NCBI GenBank assembly: GCA_037379345.1
Contig: CM074516.1
Coordinates: 24,800,001 to 24,864,000, forward strand
Length of the DNA: 64,000 nt
Source: Perna viridis
Taxonomy: Eukaryota
Reading direction: 5' to 3'
The notes under the pieces are model-generated. The model saw nothing but the letters and a program-made list of their open reading frames with translations. It was not told where the DNA came from and did no database searches. Both the position numbers and the translations under genes were made by a program. Shown here one piece after another: positions 1 to 12,877 of this stretch. Within the stretch, counting starts at the first letter, position 1. Each line of letters begins with the position of its first letter.

Positions 1-201
1 CTTACCTTACTGGTGCACCTGGTCCATGCTCCCAGTTTTTAGTGGAGTCTGAGTTGCTCATTTGCTTTTGTTACTTTGTATGTATGATTTTAGTTACTGT
101 ATGTTCTTTGTTGTGTATGTCTGTTTTCCATGTCGGGTTTTTGTCCCTGGATTACATTCTTTTTTTTACCGCTATAACCTTGGTTCCCTTGATTACTCTT
201 T
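1..201 (+). mobile_element. Interspersed ~290-bp SINE-like repeat, copy A (cut by window edge)
   Basis: Closely similar to 23739-24026 (+), 29608-29901 (-) and 31707-31999 (-); core GGTGCACCTGGTCCATGCTCCCAGTTTTTAGTGGAGTC, 3' end GATTACTCTTT. Lies in an MRPS15 intron. Confidence 0.8.
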
Positions 202-571
202 CATAACCCCATGCAGGTCTGGGTGTCAAAAGAATAGGCCTGCAGCAGCGCCAACCTTGTAGTAAAAGGCGACTAAATAGTGCTCTGCCTACAGAGCAAC
301 TGGGTCGTTGCCCCAGATGGTAGAATGGGGTATCCCTGGCATGCTACATGCTGAGGTTGTCAGGCCATAATATGGAAAACCTGACCGCAAACCATAACCA
401 TAATGATTTATATCACATGATTTACATTAAAATATATCTGGTATTTGTTGAACCATATACATATATAAAAGAATATTATTCATTAAAAAGTTTTTTCCTT
501 ATAAAAACCTATAATAACCACTCAACCCATATAAATAATGCTTGATAGTACTGACTTTTTTTTATTTTTAG

Positions 572-3500
572 TGCTGATGAAGTTGTGAAAAAGCTTTGTA
601 GTTTGGAGTATTGTGATGGGGTAAGTTTTGATACCTTTAGGGTAGCTTGTTGAGTTTCTTCTGAATTCAAGACTTAAAATCATTGTAAATCTTTTCAGGT
701 AAGCCCAAAATGTTATAAAAGATCATGACAAACTGTAAACTCGAAATGGGAAATAAGATTACTTGAAATGAGATTTAAAAGAAAAAAAAAGAAATACTAT
801 TTTTTTTATAATGAAACCCAAGCTAATTGAAAAACAAATCAAATTTAAAGTGAGTGGCTTTTAAAACTGGCATGTTATGATATACATATTTAAAAAAAAA
901 AAGTAATAAATATACACAAGCATTACAATGTCAAATGTCTTTAGCATAACACATTATTAAATGTATAACATACAGGGGCTGCTCTGGCTTTCAAAATTAT
1001 GTCGCCAAAAAAAATCGCCAGCTGCCAATTTTTTTCGCCAATTTTCAGAAATTAGAGCCAAAATGGGTGCCAAAATTTTTTTTTCTAATTTTTTAAAATA
1101 TGACAGCATTATGTCCAGTGACGAGTTGTCTTCAAAATAGCCCCTTCATTCATGACATATATGTACACAAGATTCACTCCTGATGCATGTATAAAGCAGG
1201 TTTTTAGCTCTAGTCTAGCAAAATAAAGTACTACTCCAGATGCAGGTGTTTTATTTCTATCAAGGACTTTATATATTACTATGCTCTTATAGTTCCTGAT
1301 TTTAAAACATGTTGACCTGTCCTTTATGGTCTAATTAAGTTTATTTTTTATTTTATAAATTTTCAACAAACTTTTTTTTTCAAGTGATAAAATTTCTAGC
1401 AAACTACCATGGACCATCAATTGTGTCCCTTTTCAATTACCTCTAATTCTCTTTATCTGAATATTATGACTTGAAGCTGCATTAACTGCCAAATTTGTTC
1501 AGTTTTGATTCTGCTGAATTTTGCTGATTCAATGAAATAAGTTTGTAGTAATGCAATTGAAGCAATGAATGTCGATATTTACAAAATATTGTGAAAACAA
1601 TGTTTTTATTTAATGGAAAATTGATAGCTCTAATCATTTTTTCGCCATTACTTCTGAAGATTGCCAACAGGACATACACCTATGTTAAAAATACTTTAAC
1701 CTTTTTTGTAAAAAATAACAATAACGGAAACACAAGTAAGCACATATCTTGTTTTCATTTCATTTCATCTACTTATTGATTAGTTTTCAAATAAATAATA
1801 ATAAGTGGAGAATGATAATATTCTAAGAATCACAAATTTTATCAGCAAGTCAATATTTTCCTAAGTTCCTTGACATTATGTGTAGACAGTAGTTGCACAA
1901 GTTTAAAACATGATGTTTTTTTCCAATAATAAACTTCAATATATTTTTTCCTAATATCCTAATATTTTTCACACTCTAGTATAAAGTGGTATTCATCCTC
2001 AATAGTTTGTTTTTCACACATATTACAATATCTATATTGTCGATCTACATTATGAAATCTACCAGTTTCTATATTTAAATTATTTGCAGATATTCTGAGA
2101 ATAGTCTTAAGTTCCATGGTAACTCTAATCAAAGTCCTTGAAACTGATGAAATCACAAGCATTTTAGAAATTTCTCAGACTCCAGTAATTTTCAAAGTTT
2201 TGTGGGGCTGATGCCTGATTTCTTGTATTTTAGAAAATACAGTATATTATAAAAAAAAAAAACTACTACAAATCAATTTTTGGGTTAATTTTTACAGTAC
2301 ATAAGGCAAGCAAGTCATAGAGAATGCTAATCTGAATTTTAATGTTACTTGGGATTGACGAGTTGGTGAGATAGTAAAGCTTTGAGTTGTCTCCTCTTAA
2401 GCATAAAACATTATGATTTTAGAATGTCAGAACATCCTTGTATCAGTACATATAAGTTGTATTCAAGATCAGTGTTTTGCACTATTTATTAGAAATCATA
2501 AATCATAACATGAGTCCTAAATTTCTATGCATTTTGAATCTATATGAATTAATTACCCACCTATATAAAATAGATGAATGTACTGTCATGCAGTCATTTG
2601 GCCTAAGATAAAAGAGGTATGGAGTGAATGTTCATTTGACAAAACACCCCATTATAATCAGATGTAATCATGATCATCATAATCATTAATTTTATTTAAT
2701 CTTACAAAGTAATCAATTACATTGAAAGTAATCAGACCCATCTCTGTGTTCAATTAATGTAGAAACAAAGAACTTTCCATAAAGAGTATGAAATGATGAG
2801 GACAGTTGAAGAACTTTTAGGACCAGATGCCTACTTAGAAAAGAAAAGTAAGTTTGTTTTGGAATATCTAGAGATCAGTAAATCATAGACATTTTTTTTT
2901 TACAAATGCAGGATACATACAAAGTGAATGGGACAAAATGATCAGGTATGTTCACAGGCACTTGTCTCAGAAAAAATATATGGTATAGGGGTTGATTTTT
3001 TTCTGCTGGCCATACATATATGAACATGCCAGATGTGTACAATAGTTTATGTCAGATTATAACATATATCTCTGTAACTCATAATGGTTGGTACATGTAT
3101 GCAGCTTCATTGATGGGTTGTAACATGTGTAATGTTTTTGGCTAGGTTGAACTTCAACTTCCAGTTTGTCAAAATATTTTGATAGATTTTTAATAAACTT
3201 ATAACCATTTAAAGTTATTGCTTGATGGGTCTTACAACCTTCCCTCTTAAAAGTTAAATGGCTAAATCATGTGTGAACTTCCTGTGACTTGTAATGTTTT
3301 GTCTCTATTTCTAGGGTTAGTAAATTTATGTCACATAAAATTAGTTGACCCTTCATTGAAGCCAATGTAATAATTGTTATGCAGTTTCAGTTTGATGGGT
3401 TTTCCATGCTTATATAAGAAATTCCAAGTGAATTAGTTTTGTCATTTAGAAAAGGCACATTTAAATAAGAGAATAACTGTTGTATTTATAAACTAAAAGG

Positions 3501-5839
3501 TTGCATGTTAAGTTTACTCTGAACTGTGATGCATTAGTTGAGCCTGTGAATATTGAAGCATTGATGTCAAAGTTTCAATCAGCACAGATATAGCCGTTGT
3601 AATGAATTTCGGGAAAAAATTTGAAAATGACTATGAAAAATCTGTAGAATAATGTCTGCACTTGCATAAAAAAATCATGGGTTGAATTGCAACTTACGTA
3701 CCCTGAAATTTATGTTGTCATCCAATGTGATTCGACCTTAAAATAAATGTTCCACCAGAAATAGATTTCATTAAGAAAAGGAAGTTTTATTAAATTTGGT
3801 AATATGATTACATTATCTTGACTAAGCTAAGCAGGTAGATGTATATATAATTTTTTTTTCTTTTGCAGTTGTGAGATTTACTTTGCATATAAGAAACATG
3901 GTCCCATACTGTCTGAGTCGACCGAGAGTAAGTATAGTAACTGTCACTATAACTTTGATAGACATTATATTTTGTAAAAGTACTTCGATTCATGAATATC
4001 AGTTTTTGTGGATTAGGGAAGATACACAAGTTGGTGGATTCTTGAATTCTTGGTTTTCAGGTTTTCAGTATACACATCGATTGGAATCGCTTCTTCATTT
4101 GGAACCAAATTTTGTGTTTTACTATTAAATTCTAACACATGCAGGGACACCATTTTGGAATAGAGGAAAACGTTCTGTTTTTGAGTCTAGTCTTAGACAA
4201 TCAATGGTACATTTTTGAAATGTAGTTATTTGATATTTAACATTCCATTGTGGGGCTTGATTATTCTAGTTCTCTTAAAGTATAAACAAAATAAAATTTA
4301 CAGCCTCAGTCTAACCTGCAAATTCAGATTTTATAAGTAGAGGACTTGGGCCAACTTTACTAGTATTTTGTTCATAGAAAAGTACTAATGAGGTAATGTT
4401 ATAATTCAGCCCTTTAAATATGTCAGTAATTAATTAAATTATATTTGGTTGAAGGTGAAACACCCAATAATACGGTGTTCTCCCTAGGAAATTTCTATAG
4501 TATTCTGGTAAACAAGAAATTTTGATAGCATCACATTTCTAACATTATTTACAGGAAAATCAGTTCAGAGAGCATCACATTATCATGATGCTAAAAGGCT
4601 CGGTTGAAAACACTGTTATATTATAAGATGAAATTTAAAACAATATAAATTGTCCTTTGACAAAATAAAAGTTATAAATTATTAAAACAAAGAAATGGCA
4701 TTATAATTATATTTTAACCACAAACTCAAAAGAAAAAATATGCCAGGGTCTAGCTCAAATAAAAACCTTTCTGTTATAATTAATGCAGGGTGCAACTGTC
4801 AAATCAGTTGGGTCACATTATATGTCAAAATTATCCTGATAAGCTACATAAGGTTAACAGTGGGTATTTCTTTGTTTTGTGGTTTTAACCAAAAAGTTAC
4901 TTTTTCACCTAAAAGAACCATACCTAAATTCTTTTGCTTTTAAAAGATGTGCTTTCTTTAATCACAAAGTGTGAAAAAACATACATTGTAATGGTTGTAA
5001 TGCTGCTTCGTTGAAAATTCTGTCTAGTATTCAATTAAGAGGGAATATAGCAAAAATTTCCTTTTGTAATTACACCAGTTTCTTTCTGATTTATGTACTT
5101 TCCTCTTTTTTTCTAGAGGTTCTAATGAAAATTGGCTCTACTTGTGGTCAGAATCTTGGGGATAATGGCTCTAAAATTTGTTAAAAGTTTGGGCATATTA
5201 ATTTAAATTTTTAAATTCTTGATGGGATAAGTTTTATAACAGAGTTATGGTCCTTGGACTTTTTAAAATTAAATTATTTTTGGTGTGGTAGAGGACATTG
5301 TATTTCTATGGGAGATTTTCTTAGAATGGTTATTCTGTTAAGACTTACATGTGTATATGATTAGATCATATTCCTTACAGGACAAAAGAATGAAGTCTCT
5401 ACTTGTGGAAAGAATTGCCAAGAGAAAGAGGTATCTTAAAGAGCTCAGGATCAAGGACTATGAGACATTTATTTGGTTATTAAAGGAATTGAAAATAAGA
5501 TATATTCCAGCAAAAAAGACACTGTACATTTCAAAGCATCAGAAGAAAATAAATGAAAACCAAGTTATTGCAGATGAAATGAGAAAGAAAAAAGAGGAGG
5601 AAATTGAACTGGCTCTGGAAAGTGAGAAAGAGGAATACCTTAAATATAAACAGGAGGTTTTGGCTGAGATAGACAGAGAAATTGAAGAACATGGTTTAAA
5701 TAAGGAAGACATTTTAGAAAATGTAGAACAAATACGGTATAAGAGAGAGAGTCCTCCAGACCGTGTCCGAACTAAATTTGCAAGTCTCAAAGATTGGACC
5801 TTACCGAAAATGCCTCCAGTTTATCATAAGTTAAAATAA
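572..5839 (+). CDS. MRPS15: Mitochondrial ribosomal protein S15 (uS15m), last four coding exons; 5' end lies outside the window
   Basis: AG/GT-bounded, phase-compatible exons 572-620 (ADEVVKKLCSLEYCDG), 2763-2847 (KQRTFHKEYEMM...YLEKK), 3869-3927 (IVRFTLHIRNMVPYCLSRPR), 5381-5839 (DKRMKSLLVERIAKRKRYLKELRIKDYETFIWLLKELKIRYIP...). Matches the uS15m pattern DxVKxLxSLE...DK...RKxxLKxLRxxDY. Confidence 0.9.
1476..1665 (+). repeat. Dispersed ~190-bp repeat, inverted copy at 49370-49562
   Basis: AGCTGCATTAACTGCCAAATTTGTTCAG...TTCGCCATTACTTC aligns with the reverse complement of 49370-49562. Confidence 0.7.
1860..2110 (-). mobile_element. Non-LTR retrotransposon ORF2 C-terminal fragment (CCHC zinc-finger region), decayed
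   Basis: Translation LRISANNLNIETGRFHNVDRQYRYCNMCEKQTIEDEYHFILECEKY*DIRKKYIEVYYWKKTSCFKLVQLL has the Cx2C...EDExHF...C motif typical of LINE ORF2 3' ends; internal stop. Confidence 0.8.
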
Positions 5840-6260
5840 AAGTATAAAAAAAAATACTGAAAATTTTGTTTTTAGTTCTTTCTTTTGGATAATAGATAGC
5901 CACCTTCTGCAAGTCAATGTTACGGTTTATCACTGGTCTTTCATCATGTTTATTTTTTTTAGTCTTCAACTTTGCCAATAGCCAGGGCTTTGGTGCAACA
6001 AATTTTGTTAATTCAGTTGGAAAATATTCTTTCACCTTAGTTGTGGACATTTTAAGATATTCTTTTCAAGTTTTGTAGCAACAGGATCAGGCTAAGTTAA
6101 AATTGCACAAGATATGGTCAAGTTGGTAAAGATATGGTAAAGTTAGTAAAGTTTTGTTTATTTATTTGAACAAAAATGGAAAAAAAAACTTTTTGTTTGT
6201 TCTTTTTTTGTAAGTCATCTCAATCTATATTTAAACCAGTATAACTCAACCATGTTTATT

Positions 6261-6329
6261 TAATGAATGTATTCAATTTCTGATTAGGTTATAGTGTATA
6301 AACTAATCAGAAATTGAATACATTCATTA
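6261..6329. repeat. Near-perfect 69-nt palindrome
   Basis: 6261-6287 TAATGAATGTATTCAATTTCTGATTAG is the exact reverse complement of 6303-6329; then one mismatch, 5 more bp and a 3-nt loop. Confidence 0.9.
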
Positions 6330-9300
6330 TATTTTAATTAAAAATAAAAAAAAAATGATATATCCATCACTATTATTAACACTGAGTAAACAGCACTTTA
6401 ATTTTCCCGCCATGTAGAAATTCTAGTAAACAAATTGGCCGCCATTTTAAAATCAGCAGCAAGACGCTGTCATTTCATCACTGGGAAATGTTTAGTTATT
6501 TTCCAAAATTGAAGACACAATTATTAAAGCAGGAATTTGACATAAACCCGGCGGACATAAAGTTAGTTAATAATTTATTGTCACAAAAACTTTCCAACGT
6601 TACAATATGACTGAAAATGTTTCCGATGTTGACAAACAAAAAGTAGTTCTGTAAAAGGTGGGCGTGGCCTAAATTGCAAGTTAATTGAAACAATGTTGAT
6701 TTTGTCAACAAACCAATCAAATGGCAGGATTCTCATCAAATTAAAATGTTTTTTTTATCCATTGTCTCAGAGTCAAATCAATTTTGGTGAGTCATTTGGT
6801 TTAGGATATTCATAGGATGTTCATATTTTTTCTTCCTTTTGTCAGCAGTATACATTTAATTTGACCCTTAATACATTTCTGTGCCTGTCCAAAGTCAGCA
6901 ATTTCTGGCTTCTGTATGTTTTGTTTATTTTTCACTTTCATTTTTATTGGAAGTTGCTGGAGTCAATAAGGGCAAATATTTTGCTGTATCTGTGTATAAT
7001 GATATTTTGGGGCTAGCTGCAGCCGCCCTGTGTTGTGAGGGTTTCCTTATTGTTCGACCCATTGGTTTTCCTTACCTGACATTTTTCATCAAGATGGAGT
7101 TGTTGTCTATCTGACATATTCACCATATCGATTATCCTTATACATTTACTATTTTACGAAAGTCTTTGTAAGAACATGGAAAAAATTAATCTAATCTGAA
7201 ACATGTAAAAGCAGTGATATTGCATTAGTTCAATTACCTCGGTAATAATGCTGTTTCCCCAGGTAAAAGTTTCCAAATTCATCAAAAAACGTTTAAATTT
7301 ATTCCAAATACAAAATAATTATTTTCAGTTTGGTTCACTAAGTGCTGAAAATAGTGTTTCTGATCAAAACTTAACTGTTTATATGACTTGCCCTTTTCTT
7401 GTTATCTGCTTTAATGACATATGTTATAAGCTTGTAGTCATTTACTTCATCATTTCAAATTTCCCAAATTAAAACAAAATTAAGCACAGTGTGACGTGAT
7501 GGTTGGTACAGACGCATAGACCAGGGACTTTATATTATACTCCTTGTAAAGACGGGGCAACAATGGTCACTTTAGTTTACATCCAAAAATGAAAACACAG
7601 TTTGTATTTATAATACATTCCTTCATACAGTCATAGATAATAATTTCATAGCTTTTAGCCATAAAATCTATCAAAAACCAAGTAATTCCAGAATCGCCCA
7701 AAATTTACGATTCAAAAATGTGAAACATCCTCGTAGTTTCATCGCTAACATTCAACTCTCTTAAACCATATTTGAACTCGTTCAAAAAGACAGTTTAACC
7801 CTTATCAGTAAAAGTAACTAGCATACTGTAACCGCAGTGAAAAAATCAGGCGATGGTGTAAACTTATGATGCCATTGACCACAGACTTAATCAGCTGTCT
7901 TAATAACATCTGTCAGTAGACAGCTGGGAAAGCAATCATTAACTAGATTAGCCTTGCGCCATTAAACTTATATGTATAGAATACACAAATTAAACTGGTC
8001 AAAGTAAATTGTTTACAAAAAATATTACTACAGTTTACCAATAGAAGAGGATATGGTAGCTTAGGAAAATTCCACTATAAATTTCAAAGCCTGCTGAATA
8101 TATTCTTCCTCAATACGGTTTTCCCTATTATAATTTGTACTTCAAGATACCTTCATTTGAACTGTTATCACGAAATATTTTGCAACAATTTTAACTAGAA
8201 GTTTTTAAAAGTCTAACATTTTTTTCTCAGTTCTGATGACACATGTGGCAAACCATTCTGTTAAAGTGGTGTTGTTCACAGGGGGGTTTGAGGAAGTAAG
8301 TCCAACCCATTAAATGACCAAAAATTGTTTTAATGATTTTCTGCACTTTCCCACCCATTACCATTAACTAAAAACAACTGGTCATGGATGCTAAAATGCA
8401 AAAAAATCGTTAAAACATTTCAGTTAAATTTTTGGCCGTTTAATGAATCTAAGTCGTGCCCTCAAGTCCCTATGGTGTTTTTATATCTCTTCTAGTCCTG
8501 CTGTGGACACGTATTGATAATGGTATTACGGTAAACCACCCTGTAACCTTTTGCTTTGGTGACTGCTAACTTAAGTTTATTTACGATAATTTATCGATCT
8601 TTTTTGAAATTTTAATGCATTCTTTCTATGGACACGCAGAGGTTTCTATAGTTTTTTGGCGGATTTTGCCCCACCCCTTTGAAAATGAGGGACTTAAATT
8701 TAGGTTACAGACCACCAATTCAACCAATGAGCATTTGGAACGTAGGCAAAAATAGTCCTACGCAGAAATTACCCCTGTTCCTCATAGTGCTGTGAAAAAA
8801 GTTCTCATATTTAAAAAATTGAAACAGTTTCTGAAAGGAAAAACATTTCTGTACATTTTATAGGTGCATTTTGCTTCTTGTGATGTGAAGCCTAATCTCC
8901 ATAATGATTTTTAAATATACCCCTATCTTGTGAAAACACTTGGATTTCCCATGCTATTTATAGACCCTTCACTTCCGGTGACCAGTACTGCACTGCAAGT
9001 CTGCTAACCCCACATGCCATTCTGAAGATTGTGAGCTGACATATGTAGAATCATGCTGATATATAGTCATCTGCAGGTTAAAGTTAAGGTAAAGTCCAGA
9101 GAAGCCATTGAATATTGTGAAATTAGCATAGAAGCCTATGGGAAGTGGAATTAGTGGTTTTTAGCCTAAAGGGGGAAAATAAGTGTTACATGTATCATTA
9201 GTATCGACAGAAAAAGTTAATTGTTAATTCGATTTTGATGATTTAACTGTCATTTGTTCCTTTCCAAATCCTGTTATAGAATATTTTATGGGATGGACTT

Positions 9301-10174
9301 ATCTTTAACCCTTTTGGAGTTACAAGGGTACAAATTGGGCAATACAAAACAAAAAAAAAACAAACAATCAAAAAATATGAAAAAAAATCATTGAATTCCT
9401 CATGAAAACCCCTGCCTGTATTTTCCAAACAGATTTAAGATATCTCTCACCGTTTTCGAGTTATACTAGTAATGGGCCACGTCTCCCAAAAAACGGAGTG
9501 TTTTTTATTTATTATTTTTCTTGTCCGATTAAAACATTTTTATTGAGTTCCTCGTGATATACTCCTGCCTTTATTTTTCAATCAGATTTCATACATCTTT
9601 TACGGTTTTCGAGTTACAAGACACACACACACACACACACACAATCAACTTTTTTTTTTATTTTAGGTCCGATTTAACTTTTTATTGGACTTCTTATGAA
9701 AATCCTTGCCTGCATTTTCAATCAGATTTAAGATATCTCTTATTTAGTTATAGGGATCGAATGCAAAGGTCTTTAATTAGCACCATGAAAAGCCGATGTT
9801 TTTTTACCTTTAATTAAATTTCAAATTTTGTGCTTTATTGTCTCCAAACTAGTTGAACTGTAAGTCCCTATGTCTGAGTATGTCAAAAACAATTATTGTA
9901 TCCACACTCGCCCTAAGTGAACATAGCTCAACATTCTGTGGTATTGTCATGCTGCGCTCCGCGAAGCTCTATTTTTATTTTGACATTAATATCGATCCAA
10001 ACGACATATCAATTTAGGGTTGTAGGGTCAGAGAAAATTTGTACTACTCCACTTCTTATTTTGAACAGAGATACTGTCACTTACTGTAAGTTAAATATAG
10101 TATTAGCTTCATACTTGATTGTTTAAGAAGGGGATACATTTCACATCAGAAGACATTTTTAATTACTTTTACTA

Positions 10175-12877
10175 TCATAACACAATTGTTTTCTGTTGTT
10201 CAGCGTAAGCTGCAGGTATATACCCATACTGTTCAGTCCTTGGTATATACACCCAAATCCATTCAGAACTTTTCTGGTTCTTTAAGTCAGCATAAATTGC
10301 TTCTCCTTTCTGAATATACACATTGTGTTGGCCGTGAGATTGACCCTTATATTCATATTTCATTATATACTCTACCAGGTCATTTATGGCGAATTTGTTG
10401 TGATTGTAAATATGTTCAGTGGTTTTCGATTGGTGTGTATGATTCTGTTTTGAAAGGCCATTGACGCACTGATTATGCCGATTCATTACAGCAGTTTCGT
10501 AGTCTGGTGGCGCGACTGCAAGCCTCCTAGTTGACTGCACCATCACTTCACCTGTAGAATTAAACGATATATCTGATTCGACTTCATTTTCCCTTTTGTC
10601 ATCGCTTGAAGCTATCCCTTCAACCATTTGCTTACGCTTTTTGAGAATTGTTGCTAGTTCTTCTGTTACATCCTTAAAAGGGTCTGTTTTTGTTACAGGT
10701 TGTGATTTCTCCCATATAATGTCTGTGTGTTGTAAAGTTTCGTCTGAACACCTGTTCTGGTCATGCGTTCTAAAGTCATGGTTATGCGCACTGTCAATAG
10801 TTTTCAGTTTTTCGCTGCACGACTGTTGGTCGGATTTTGTTTTCACTTTCACATCTGTTAAAGATTTTTCCAACGACTGGTTGCTTTCATCACTATACTT
10901 GAAAGACTCTGTAAATATTGAAGGATGCCCACTTGCTTGCGGTGTACTTAAAGTAGAACATGAAGGTGACTTAATGGGAGCTTTACTTAGATAATAATCC
11001 AGTGTGGTATCATTTAACGTTGAAGTTGACGCTTTATACCGTTCGTCTATAGTCGGTGTTAAATACATTGCTTCAGCACGGGTTTCTATTATTTCATTTT
11101 CCCAAGTATCTTTCTCATGACTGAAACGATTTGTCTGATGCTGAAAGTTACGGTTTGTGTTTTCGAAATTGTCTTTGTGTTTTATCGATGAAGGTTGAAA
11201 CTGTTCATTTTCTGAAAACATACTGTCATGGTTTTCTGTATGGCTGTTTAATGGATAACGAGTTGTTTTCTCCAAGAATGACGAGCTAGGCTCCGAACTT
11301 GAGCTTACTGTAGCCGATGTGTCGGAGACGAAAGAGGAGTCGAACTGGTCATATCCATGACCATAATTGTAATGTTTGGTGTTCTGCTTCCGTTGTATGG
11401 AACCTCCATTTACTGAGGACAAAAAACATAAGAATATTTTTTTAAATGCACAATTTCTTACTCAAAACGAGTTTCAATTAGACTTCATTAAATACCTTAA
11501 AGAACACAAAATAAGGGAGTTGTCGAATAATTCTATAACTCGATTTAAGTACAACCACGGAAATATACAGAGTGTGATACTTTCAAAAAGACATTCAAAA
11601 TTATCACTTAATTCCTGCCCACTTTGTGTATAAGGTATGATAAGTATGTAAAAAAGGGTCCTCAAACCCATATCTGCAACATGGGACAACATATCTAAAC
11701 TGCAAGTGAGATAGGACAGTCTTATCCATACTAAAATACATCAACAAAGGGTAAAATATTGCATGAAGACCGTGTTGCATGTCGCAAATACTCTAATTAG
11801 AAATACACCTATACATACCTAGTTTACGTAGTGGTTCCACTGGACAAATATACGTCTTCGGCACAAAACCTTCAAGTCCATCGTATTTACGGACCCATGA
11901 CCAGTCGGGGTCTTCTATGTTCAATACTTCCACAAGTTCTGCTCTTTCTACATCAACATCATTTTCATTTGATCCGTCAAAGTCAAAAAGCACAATGTAC
12001 TGACCATGTGACGTCTTGTAGAATTGCTTTACTTCCATATTTGGGTATTGAATCGTCTTTTCTCCTGCGCGTCTCGGTTTGAACAAGGGTGACATGTTCC
12101 TGCTAATTTCCGAATCGATTTCACTGTTAGCTTCGGACAGGTCAGCGCTGTATTCGGAAAATCTACTACTTGAGATTGAATTGGTCCTAGACAAATCAGT
12201 GACACTGTTAGTAAACGTTTCCGGTTTAGGTTTTTTGTTTCCTATAAACTCGATAAAATTATTATTTTTATTCCTGTGTTTGGATGTCAGTCTGGTATCC
12301 TTATTCTCATCTTTACAACTTTCATTTTGTTTTTGTCTCCTGTTTTGATTGATAAGAGCTTCCAATCCAGCTAAGTCTACTGTGTCAATGCTATCACTCC
12401 CAGTAATACGTCCTCGACGAGCTGGTTCCCTACCTATAACGAATATTGTTGGAGAAAATCAAAGTTATGCATACTTTCGATTTAACAGTATCATACTTCT
12501 AAGCTAGTATTCAAAATAGAAAAAAATGTAACATTTCGAAACTAATCCAACTCAGTTTGTGCTCGAAAAAGTCCCTGTAATACTAAGTAAAAACCGCTTT
12601 CTATGGTTAGAAATGTTTAATATTTCTTCCGCTGTCTTGAAGTCATTCAACTTGATTTAAAATACATAACACGTGTACTTTTATTCTTAACTTTATCTTT
12701 TAATAGACAACAGTTGTATGAAATACATTAATCAAATTGCCATTACAAAGTAATACTCAATCTTCTATACACCTTTACAAATAAAAATTAAATGTAATCA
12801 TAGTTAACTTTCAATACAATACCTTTGCTTCGCGCTCTGCTAGCATTCCCCAGTCTACTGGGACACAGAAAAGCCAT
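10175..12877 (-). CDS. Dlish: Dlish/Vamana-like SH3 adaptor (Fat-Dachsous-Dachs pathway), two SH3 domains, ~635 aa
   Basis: Exons 12877-12823 (MAFLCPSRLGNASRARSK), 12433-11819 (GREPARRGRITGSDSIDT...GQYIVLFDFDGSNENDVDVERAELVEVLNIEDPDWSWVRKYDGLEGFVP), 11412-10175 (...YADLKNQKSSEWIWVYIPRTEQYGYIPAAYA); all phase-1 GT-AG junctions. MAFLCP, GRITGSxSI and both SH3 sequences match my recollection of the insect Dlish N-terminus, SH3-2 and SH3-3. Confidence 0.85.

Noticed and set aside
5787-6050. 87-aa antisense ORF overlapping the MRPS15 3' end
   Set aside because: No recognisable domain or splice partner; it runs through A/T tracts of the probable 3' UTR.
8232-8256. Hammerhead-like CTGATGA-cacatgtg-GCAAAC
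   Set aside because: Lacks the GAAA core and stems I/III; the other CTGATGA hits I checked also fail.
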